A DNA stretch of 64,000 nt, from NCBI GenBank assembly GCA_028826165.1, contig JAPDFW010000136.1:868001-932000 (forward strand), given 5' to 3'. The stretch's first letter is position 1, and every line of letters begins with the position of its first letter. Source of the stretch: Anaeramoeba ignava BMAN. Taxonomy: Eukaryota > Protista > Anaeramoebae. Positions 36,346 through 46,877 of this stretch are shown piece by piece. Both the position numbers and the translations under genes were made by a program. The notes beneath the pieces were generated by a model, which did not search any database, was not told the DNA's origin, and was given only the letters and a program-made list of their open reading frames with translations.

Positions 36346-39300
36346 TTAATTTAAATCTTTTAAAATTAAATCAATTATTGAATTTTGATTTAATTGATAA
36401 TAATCTTTTAAATCATAAAATTCTTCTTTTTTAATTTCTTTTTCTTTTTCAAATTTATCATGATAAAGAAAATAAATTAATTGTTGAATTGTTTCATTTG
36501 ATTTTTTTGAATAATCATGAACTTGATTTGATGAATCATTAACACTTAAAAACATTCCTTTATATAATTCACTTCTTAATATTAATATTAATTTATGAAC
36601 TTTAATTTCTTTTTCTTCTGAAATAATAATTGTAAAATCTTTATTTTGATTTTCTTCATATAATTTATGTAAATCTTCTAATATTCCTTTTCTTCCTTTT
36701 TTAGATTCAATCCAATTTGATTCAATTCCAATTTCTTTGAAAAATTCTTTTAATTTATCTTCTTTTTCTTCAAATTTTGGTTTTTGATTTTGTTCATTTT
36801 CTGTTTTTTGGTGTAAAAATTCAAGTTCTTTAATAAAATTTTGTAATAGTTCAAAATCAACAAATCCAGTATAAATGAAATTTAAAGCAATTTCAACATT
36901 TTCTTTTGGTTTTGTTTTACAGATATTGATAAATTTTTGTAAAATTGTTTCATTATTATCAAATCTTGTTAATAAAATTAATTTATGAACTTTAAATTGA
37001 GAAGAATCATTTGATTGAATTGTTAAATCTGAAAAGTTATCATTTGATTTTAATAAATTGTTTAAATCATCATTGATTGAATAAATTGGAATGAATAAAT
37101 CAAGAAAGTCTTTTGGAATTCGATAATAGAATCCATAATTTTTTTGGATTTTTTGCAAATCAAAAATATTTGCATGATTTATTAATAAAAATTGAGTCAA
37201 TTGTCGATTTAAATTTCTAAATGAAATTATTAAAGCAGTTTGATGATAGTTATTTTCTATATTGATATCTGCTCCATTTGAAACAAGATATTTAACAATT
37301 TCAATCGTATATCTGTTTTTTTGGTATTCACAAACAAAGTGTAAAGCTGTTTCTTGATATTTATCTTTGGCATTAATATCTGTTCCATTTTCAATTAAAT
37401 ATTTAACAATTTTAATTAAATTTGGATTTTCCTTTTGATATTTGCAAGCAAAATGTAAAGGAGTTTCTTCATCTATATTTTTAGCATTTACATCTGCTCC
37501 ATTTGAAACAAGATATTTAACAATTTCAAATGAATTTTCATTTTTTTGATTTTGACAAACTAAATGCAATATAGTTTCTTGAGAATAATAACTTTCAATA
37601 TTAACGTTTGCTCCATTTGAAACAAGAAACTTGATAATTTCAAGAGAATTTGGATTTTGATTTTGAGTTCGACAAACAGAACTTAATGGTGTGTTATTAT
37701 ATTTTGTTTTGGCATTAATATCTGCTCCTTTTGAAACAAGATATTTAATAATTTCAAGTGAATTTGAATTTGAAATTTGGCAAACAAGATGTAAAGGAGT
37801 TTCATTATTTGCGTTTTTAATATCAATTTCAATTCCTTTTGAAACAAGAAATTTGATAATTTCAAGTGAATTTGAATTTTCACTTTGACAGATTAAATGC
37901 AAAGGGATTTCTTGAGTGTGTTTATTTCTGGCGTTAATATCTGCACCTTTTGAAACAAAAAATTTAATAATTTCAAGTGATTTTGGATTTAAATTTTGGC
38001 AAACAAGATGCAAAGGTGTATTATCAATAGTATTTTTAGTATCAATTTCAATTCCGTTTGAAACGAGGAATTTGATAATTTTCAATGCTTTTGGATGTAA
38101 ATTTTGACAAGCAAAATGTAAAAGTGTTTCGTTATTATCATTTTGAGTATGAATTTGTGCTCCACATTCAATAAGATATTCAATAGGATGAATTGAGTTT
38201 TGACTAAGACATAAGAAATGTAATGGGGTATCTTTATTAGTTGTCTTTGCATTAACATCAAGACCTTTTGAAACAAGAAATTTGATAAATTCAAATGAAT
38301 TTGCATTTTGACAAGCAAGATGTAAAAGTGTGTCATTCTTATAATTTGTATAATCAAATCTTGCTCCTGATTCAACAAAAAGTTTGATAATTTCAATCGA
38401 AGTTTTGCTTCTAAAGGCAATATTTAAAATTGTATTTTGATTTTCTGACTTCAAATCTGCTCCTTTTGAAACAAGATATTTGATGATTTCGATTGAATTT
38501 TGTAATTGAAAAGAAAAATATAGTGGCGATTTGTTATCTGTCGTTTTTGCATTAACATTAGCTCCTTTTTCCACAAGAATTTTGATAATCTCAAATGATA
38601 GTTCATTTTTATTTGAAATTTGGCAAATTAGATGTAAAGGTGTTTGACGGTTTTCAAGATGTGTATTGACATCCGCACCTTTTGAAACAAGATATCTAAT
38701 AATTTCGATTGAATGTTCATGTGGATTTTTGCAAATATAATATAAAGGTGTTTCTTGAAGTTTATTTTTAGCATCAATATCAACTCCTTTTTCAACAAGA
38801 ATTTTCACAATTTCGATTGAGTTTTGGTTTCTATTTTGGCAAGCTAAAATGTAAAGGAGTTTGTAAATATTTTGTCTTTGAATTGATATCTGCTCCTTTC
38901 TCAATAAGATATTCAATGATTTCTTTTGAATTGAGATGATGACAAGCTAAATGTAAAGGTGTTTCGTTGTTCCTATTTTGTGAATTCACATCAATACCAT
39001 TTTCAACAAAAAATTTGATAATTGGAAGTGTATTTTCTTTCTGGTTTTTACAAATCAAATGCAGACAAGTTTCTTCATGGAAATTTTTTTCATGAACATC
39101 AAATCCTTTTTGAATAAGAAATTCAATAATTTGCAGGGAATTATTCCGACAAGCAAAATGCAAAGATGTTTCATTTTTCAGACTTTTTGCCTGACTATCT
39201 ACTCCTTTTTCAATAAGAAATTCAATAATTTGCAGGGTATTATTTTGGCAAGCAAAATGAAATGGATATATTTCTAACCAATCATGAAAATGAATATCTG

Positions 39301-40093
39301 CTCCTGATTCAATCATTAATTTCATAACTTCAATAGATTTTTGATATTTGCAAACAAAATGAAAAGATGATTCATTAAGAATATTTGTTCTATTGATATC
39401 TGCTCCTTTTGAAATAAGATACTGAATAATTTCAAATGCATTTTGATCCTGTTGATATTTGCAAGCAAAATGTAATGCTGTTTGTTTTGTATCAAATGTT
39501 TGTGTGTTTAGCTCAACACCTTTCTCAACAAGATATTTAACAATTTTGAATGAATTTTGGTTTTTTTGATATTGGCAAACATAATGCAATAGTGTTTTGT
39601 TATTAAATGTTTTTGCTTTTAAATCAATTCCTAAATCCACAAGATATTTGATAATTTCAAATGAGTCTTTTTTTGTTTGATTTTCGCAAACAAAATGTAA
39701 TAATGTTTCGTTGAAATTTGTTTTTGGATTTATATCTGCTCCTTTTTCAATAAGATATTTAGTCATTTCAAGTGTATTTTTGTTTTGTTTTCTCAAAAAT
39801 AAATGCAGTATTGTTTCATTATCAGTTGTTTTGTTATTCAAATTAACTCCTTTATCAATAAGAAACTGAATTATTTCTAAAGATGAATTGTTTATAATTG
39901 CAAAATGTAATGAGTTTCTTCCTTTTTGATCTTTTAAATTTGGATTTATTCCTGTTGAAATTAAATATTCAATAATTTCTTTTGAGGCTTTTTTTTCTAT
40001 TGCAAAATTTAACAATTTGGTTTTTGAAACGAAATTAATTTGTTTTAATTTTTCGATATTATTTTCTTCAATAATTTTATAAATAAAATTCAT
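36346..40093 (-). CDS. ANK-BTB-BTB copy 6, more than 25 ankyrin repeats, one frameshift near 38845
   Basis: ORFs 38831-40093 and 36346-38916 overlap and switch frame inside one ankyrin repeat (TPLHF / LACQN). Confidence 0.85.
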
Positions 40094-40146
40094 TTTATTT
40101 AAATTATTTTTGAAAATGAAAAAAATGAAAAATGAAAAATGAATTT

Positions 40147-41565
40147 TTAATTTAAATCTTTCAAAATTAAATCAATTATTGAATTTTGATTTAATTGATA
40201 ATAATCTTTTAAATCATAAAATTCTTCTTTTTTAATTTCTTTTTCTTTTTCAAATTTATCATGATAAAGAAAATAAATTAATTGTTGAATTGTTTCATTT
40301 GATTTTTTTGAATAATCATGAACTTGATTTGATGAATCTTGAACACTTAAAAACATTCCTTTATATAATTCACTTCTTATTATTAATATTAATTTATGAA
40401 CTTTAATTTCTTTTTCTTCTGAAATAATAATTGTAAAATCTTTAGTTTGATTTTCTTGATATAATTTATGTAAATCTTCTAATATTCCTTTTCTTCCTTT
40501 TTTAGTTTCAATCCAATTTGATTCAATTTCAATTTCTTTGAAAAATTCTTTTAATTTATCTTCTTTTTCTTGATTTTCTTTATTCAAATATTCTATTTCT
40601 TTAGCAATATCATTTTGTGAATTAAATTTTAAATGGTATTTGTTAATTTGTTTATTAAATTTATCAAAATCAACAAATCCAGTATAAATGAAATTTAAAG
40701 CAATTTCAACATTTTCTTTTGGTTTTGTTTTACAAATATTGATAAATTTTTGTAAATTTGTTTCATTATTATCAAATCTTGTTAATAAAATTAATTTATG
40801 AACTTGAAATTTGGAATAATCAATTGATTGAATTGTTAAATCTGAAAAATTATCATTTGATTTTAATAAATTGTTTAAATCATCATTGATTGAATAAATT
40901 TGAATCAATACCTCAATAATTTCTTTTGTGAAACAATCGCTTGTTAGATTAGAAATATCTGCATTATTCATTAATAAAAATTTTATTATTTTTTGATAAG
41001 TATATTTACAAGCAAAAAATAATGGGGTTTGATTTATATCATTTCTGGCATTTATATCTGTTCCATTTTCAATAAGAAATTTAATAATATTAAGGGGACA
41101 TCGATGTTGACAAGCATAATGTAAAGGAGTTTCTTGCTCTTCTGTTTTGGAATTAATATCTGCTCCATTTTCAATTAAATATTTAATAATTTGAAGTGAT
41201 TTTTGATAAAGACAGGCTAAATGTAATGGAGTTTCTTGAAATGATTTTTTTGAATTAACATCTGCTCCATTTTCAATTAAATATTTAATAATTTCAATTG
41301 AATTTTGTGAAGAGTTTTGACAACAATAATGTAAAGGAGTTGCTTGATAATTATTTTTTGCATTAATATCTGCTCCATTTTCAATTAAATATTTAATAAT
41401 TTGAAGTGAATTTTTATTTATATTTTGACAAATTAAATGTAAAGGTGTTTCTTGTTTAATATTTTTCTCATTAACATCAATTCCACTTTCAATTAATTTT
41501 TTAATATTTTTAATTGAATTTTTTTCACAAGCAATAAATAATTTTTTTGAATTTGTTTGTCCCAT
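40147..41565 (-). CDS. ANK-BTB-BTB copy 7, intact, 472 aa
   Basis: MGQTNS start, about 5-6 ankyrin repeats, two BTB domains. Confidence 0.92.
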   Translation of the reverse strand: MGQTNSKKLFIACEKNSIKNIKKLIESGIDVNEKNIKQETPLHLICQNINKNSLQIIKYLIENGADINAKNNYQATPLHYCCQNSSQNSIEIIKYLIENGADVNSKKSFQETPLHLACLYQKSLQIIKYLIENGADINSKTEEQETPLHYACQHRCPLNIIKFLIENGTDINARNDINQTPLFFACKYTYQKIIKFLLMNNADISNLTSDCFTKEIIEVLIQIYSINDDLNNLLKSNDNFSDLTIQSIDYSKFQVHKLILLTRFDNNETNLQKFINICKTKPKENVEIALNFIYTGFVDFDKFNKQINKYHLKFNSQNDIAKEIEYLNKENQEKEDKLKEFFKEIEIESNWIETKKGRKGILEDLHKLYQENQTKDFTIIISEEKEIKVHKLILIIRSELYKGMFLSVQDSSNQVHDYSKKSNETIQQLIYFLYHDKFEKEKEIKKEEFYDLKDYYQLNQNSIIDLILKDLN

Positions 41566-41606
41566 TTATTTTTGAAAATGAAAAATGAAAAATGAAAAAT
41601 GAATTT

Positions 41607-43829
41607 TTAATTTAAATCTTTTAAAATTAAATCAATTATTGAATTTTGATTTAATTGATAATAATCTTTTAAATCATAAAATTCTTCTTTTTTAATTTCT
41701 TTTTCTTTATCAAATTTATCATGATAAAGAAAATGGATTAATTGTTGAATTGTTTCATTTGATTTTTTTGAATAATCATGAACTTGATTTGATGAATCAT
41801 TAACACTTAAAAACATTCCTTTATATAATTCACTTCTTAATATTAATATTAATTTATGAACTTTGATTTCTTTTTCTTCTGAAATAATAATTGTAAAATC
41901 TTTAGTTTCATTTTCTTGATATAATTTATGTAAATCTTCTAATATTCCTTTTCTTCCTTTTTTAATTTCAATCCAATTTGATTCAATTCCAATTTCTTTG
42001 AAAAATTCTTTTAATTTATCTTCTTTTTCTTCAAATTTTTCTTTTTCTCTCTTTTCATTTTCATCTTCAAGATCTGATCTGGAAAATCGAAAATCTGAAG
42101 AAGGGTCTGAGTCAAGTAAGGATTCTGATAACATTTTTCTTTTCTTTTCTTTTTCTGTTTGATTTTCTTTTTTCAGTATTCTCTGTTTTTTTTTTTCAAC
42201 TTTCTCTTTTAATATTTGATAAAATTTATCAAAATCAACAAATCCAGTATAAATGAAATTTAAAGCAATTTCAACATCTTCTTTTGGTTTTATTTTACAG
42301 ATATTGATAAATTTTTGTAAATTTGTTTCATTATTATCAAATCTTGTTAATAAAATTAATTTATGAACTTGAAATTTAAAAGAATCAATTGATTGAATTT
42401 TTAAATCTGAAAAATTATCATTTGATTTTAATAAATTGTTTAAATCATCATTGATTGAATAAATGGAAACTATTGAATTAAGAATTTCTTTGGAAAATTT
42501 ATATCCTTTTAAAAAAAAAGAATTTGTCATGTGCATTAATAAAAATAGAATAAGTTTTGGGTTATTATTATCAATTATAAGTGAAAGTGGAGTTTGAAAA
42601 TTTTTATTTTTAGCATAAATATCCAATCCTTGTGAAACAAAAAATTTGATAATTTCAAGTGAATATTGATTTGGATTTCTATTATGACTTTGACAAGCTA
42701 AATGCAAAACTGTTTCTTCCTCTTTGTTTTTGTCATTAATATCTGCACCTTTTGAAATAAGATATTTAATAATTTCAAATGTATTTTCATTTTTTTGACT
42801 TTGATATTGACAAATCAAATGTAATGGTTTTTCTTGACTAATATTTGTAGCATTGATATCTGCTCCATTTTCTATTAAGACTTTAATAATTTGAAGTGAA
42901 TTTTGATGTTGATATCTACAAGCTGAATGTAAAGGTGTTTCTTTATATTTCTTTGTTTTTGCATTTAAATCTGCTCCTTTTGAAATTAACAATTCAATAA
43001 CTTCACTTAAATTTCTTTTGCAAATAATATGTAAAGATGTTTCATTTTCATTATTTGGATAATTAATTGAAATTCCAGATTCAAGAAAAAAATTAATTAT
43101 TTCAATTAAAATCTTTATTTCTTCTTTTCCATTTTGTTGTTCAGTTTTACAAATCTCATGTAAAAGTGTTTCTTGATATGAATTTTTGGCATTGATATCT
43201 GCTCCTTTTGAAATAAGATATTTAATAATTTCAAATGTTTTTTCATTTAGAAATTGACAAACATAAAACAATGGTGTTGCTTTATTGTGGTTTTTGGCAT
43301 TAACATCTACTCCTTTTTCAACAAAAAATTTGATAATTTCAAATAAATTCTCATTTTGAAATTGACAAGCAATGTGTAAATATGTATCTTCATTTTTGTT
43401 TCTGGCATTGATATCTGCACCTTTTTCAATAAGAAATTTAGCAATTTCAAATACATTTGCATTTTTATTTTGGCAAATTAAATGTAATGGAGTTTCTTCA
43501 AAAAAATTTTTAGCATTAATATCTGCACCTTTTTCAATAAGAAATTTAACAATCTCAAATATATTTACATTTTTATTTTGACAAATTAAATGTAAAGGTG
43601 TTTGTTTATAAGTTTGTGTTTTAGCATTAATATCTGCTCCTTTTTCAATTAAAAGTTTAATAATTTGAAGTGAATTTTTATTTGTATTTTTACAAGCAAA
43701 ATGTAAAGGAGTTTCTTCATTTTCATCTTTTAAATTAACATCAATTCCATTTTCAATTAATTTTTTAATATTTTTAATTGAATTTTTTTCACAAGCAATA
43801 AATAATTTTTTTGAATTTGTTTGTCCCAT
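41607..43829 (-). CDS. ANK-BTB-BTB copy 8, intact, 740 aa
   Basis: MGQTNS start, about 12 ankyrin repeats, two BTB domains. Confidence 0.92.
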   Translation of the reverse strand: MGQTNSKKLFIACEKNSIKNIKKLIENGIDVNLKDENEETPLHFACKNTNKNSLQIIKLLIEKGADINAKTQTYKQTPLHLICQNKNVNIFEIVKFLIEKGADINAKNFFEETPLHLICQNKNANVFEIAKFLIEKGADINARNKNEDTYLHIACQFQNENLFEIIKFFVEKGVDVNAKNHNKATPLFYVCQFLNEKTFEIIKYLISKGADINAKNSYQETLLHEICKTEQQNGKEEIKILIEIINFFLESGISINYPNNENETSLHIICKRNLSEVIELLISKGADLNAKTKKYKETPLHSACRYQHQNSLQIIKVLIENGADINATNISQEKPLHLICQYQSQKNENTFEIIKYLISKGADINDKNKEEETVLHLACQSHNRNPNQYSLEIIKFFVSQGLDIYAKNKNFQTPLSLIIDNNNPKLILFLLMHMTNSFFLKGYKFSKEILNSIVSIYSINDDLNNLLKSNDNFSDLKIQSIDSFKFQVHKLILLTRFDNNETNLQKFINICKIKPKEDVEIALNFIYTGFVDFDKFYQILKEKVEKKKQRILKKENQTEKEKKRKMLSESLLDSDPSSDFRFSRSDLEDENEKREKEKFEEKEDKLKEFFKEIGIESNWIEIKKGRKGILEDLHKLYQENETKDFTIIISEEKEIKVHKLILILRSELYKGMFLSVNDSSNQVHDYSKKSNETIQQLIHFLYHDKFDKEKEIKKEEFYDLKDYYQLNQNSIIDLILKDLN

Positions 43830-43866
43830 TTATTTATGAAAAAAATGAAAAATGAAAAATAAAAAT

Positions 43867-45564
43867 TTAATTTAAATCTTTTAAAATTAAATCAATTATT
43901 GAATTTTGATTTAATTGATAATAATCTTTTAAATCATAAAATTCTTCTTTTTAATTTCTTTTTCTTTATCAAATTTATCATGATAAAAGAAATGGATTAA
44001 TTGTTGAATTGTTTCATTTGATTTTTTTGAATAATCATGAACTTGATTTGATGAATCTTGAATATTTAAAAACATTCCTTTATATAATTCACTTCTTAAT
44101 ATTAATATTAATTTATGAACTTTAATTTCTTTTTCTTCTGAAATAATAATTGTAAAATCTTTGGTTTTATTTCCTTGATATAATTTATGTAAATCTTCTA
44201 ATATTCCTTTTCTTCCTTTTTTAGATTCAATCCAATTTAAATCTATCCAAATTTCTTGAAATATTTTGATAAGTGTTGCTTTTTTGGTTTGTCTTTGATT
44301 TTCATTTTGAATTTGATATAAATAATCTAAATTATCTGATTGGAAAAAAAAATCATAATCTTCATCAGGTTTTGATTTCTTTGGATCTTTAATTTGTTGA
44401 ATAAATTTATCAAAATCAGGAAATCCAGTATAAATGAAATTTAAAGCAATTTCAATATCTCTTTTTGATTTTGTTTTACAAATATTGATAAATTCTTGTA
44501 AAATTGCTTCATCATTATCAAATCTTGTTAATAAAATTAATTTATGAACTTTAAATTGAGAAGAATCAATTGATTGAATTGTTAAATCTGAAAAATTATC
44601 ATTTGATTTTAATAAATTGTTTAAATCATCATTGATTGAATAAACGTGAAGCAAAAAATCAATAATTTTTTGAGAGAAATCATCAGATGGTATATCAAAA
44701 GGATTTGCATTATTCATTAATAAAAATTGAACAGCTTTTTCTTTCATTTTTTCGTTTTGATTTTGATAAATCAAATTTAAAGGTGTTTCTTGTTTTTTAT
44801 TCTTGATATTCACATCTGCTCCATTTAAAACAAGAAATTTGATTGTTTCAAATAAATTTTCATTGATATCTTTACTTTTACAAAGAATATGTAAAGATGT
44901 TTCTTGATAATTATTTGTTAAATTAGGATCTCCTTTTTTCTCAATTAGAAAATGAATTATTTTATTTGAATTTATATTTTTATGATATTTTTGACAAATC
45001 AAATATAAAGGTGTTTCTTGTTTATTATTTTTGAAATTCACATCTGCTCCATTTGAAACAAGAATGTTAATAGTATCAATTGATTTTTCATTTGTATTTT
45101 TACAAGCAAAATGTAAAGGAGTTTCTTGAAATTTATTTTTGGCATTGGCATATGCACCTTTTGAAATGAGAAAATTCATAGTTTCAATTGATCTTTCTTT
45201 CATTGTTTGACAAATATAATGTAAAGGAGTTTCTTGGTTTTCATTTCTGGCATTGACATCTGCTCCTTTTTCAATTAAATTTAATAATTTCAATTGAATT
45301 TTCACTTAATATACGACAAATATAATGTAATGGAGCTTCTTGATATTTATTTTTGGCATTTACATCTGCTCCTTTTTCAATTAAGAATTTAATAATTTCA
45401 AATGAAAATTGATTTTGATCGTTACAAATAAAATGTAAAATTGTTTCTTCATTTTCATCTTTTAAATTCAAATCAATTCCTTTTTCAATTAATTTTTCAA
45501 TATCTTTAATTGAATTTTTTTCACAAGCAATAAGTAATTTTTCTTTTGAATTTGTTTGTCCCAT
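43867..45564 (-). CDS. ANK-BTB-BTB copy 9, frameshifts near 45280 and 43950
   Basis: ORFs 45271-45564 and 43929-45305, plus the conserved terminus ending KDLN* at 43867. Confidence 0.8.
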
Positions 45565-45599
45565 TTATTTATGAAAAAAATGAAAAATGAAAAAAAAAT

Positions 45600-46840
45600 T
45601 TAATTTAAATCTTTTCAAAATTAAATCAATTATTGAATTTTGATTTAATTGATAATAATCTTTTAAATCATAAAATTCTTCTTTTTTAATTTCTTTTTCT
45701 TTATCAAATTCATCATGATAAAAGAAATGAATTAATTGTTGAATTGTTTCATTTGATTTTTTTGAATAATCATGAACTTGATTTGATGAATCTTGAGCAT
45801 TTAAAAACATTCCTTTATATAATTCACTTCTTAATATTAATATTAATTTATGAACTTTAATTTCTTTTTCTTCTTCAGTAATAATTGTAAAATCTTTATT
45901 TTGATTTTCTTGATATAATTTATGTAAATCTTCTAATATTCCTTTTCTTCCTTTTTTAGATTCAATCCAATTTGATTCAATTCCAATTTCTTTGAAAAAT
46001 TCTTTTAGTTTATCTTCTTTTTCTTGATTTTCATGCGTAATTCGATACAAATACTTTTCATCATCTGAACAAAAAGAATCATAATCTTCATCATCAGGTT
46101 TTAATTTTGCTCGGTCTTTAATTTGTTGAATAAATTTATCAAAATCAGGAAATCCAGTATAAATGAAATTTTAAAGCAATTTCAACATTTTCTTTTGATT
46201 TTGTTTTACAAATATTGATAAATTTTTGTAAAATTGTTTCATCATTATCAAATCTTGTTAATAAAATTAATTTATGAACTTTAAATTGAGAAGAATCAAT
46301 TGATTGAATTGTTAAATCTGAAAAATTATCATTTGATTTTAATAAATTGTTCAAATCATCATTGATTGAATAAATTTGACTGAATAAATCAATAAATTCT
46401 TTTGAAAAATAGTTAATTGATAAATCAAAAGGATTTGCATTATTCATTAATAAAAAATGAATAATTTTTTGATCATTTTCTTCTAAAGCAAAGAATAAAG
46501 GAGTTTCTTCATTTTTGTTTTTGGAATTAATATCAGCACCTTTTTCAATTAAATATTTAAGTATTTCAATTGAATTTTCATTTGGATATTGGCAAATTAA
46601 ATGGAAAGGAGTTTCTTTATATTTGTTTTTGGAATTAATATCTGCTCCTTTTTCAATTAAATATTTAATAATTTCAAGTGAATTTTTATTTGTATTTTTG
46701 CAAGCAAAATGTAAAGGTGTTTCTTCATTTTCATTTTTGAAATTCACATCTGCTCCTTTTGAAATATGAAATTTAGTTTCTTTAATTGAATTTTTTTCAC
46801 AAGAAAGGAATAATTTTTTTGTTGAAGCATCTTGTCCCAT
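45600..46840 (-). CDS. ANK-BTB-BTB copy 10, about 3 ankyrin repeats, homopolymer frameshifts
   Basis: ORFs 46145-46840 (MGQDAS) and 45565-46050; extra bases near 46170 and 45615. Confidence 0.8.
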
Positions 46841-46877
46841 TTATTTATGAAAAAAATGAAAAATGAAAAAAAAAAAT

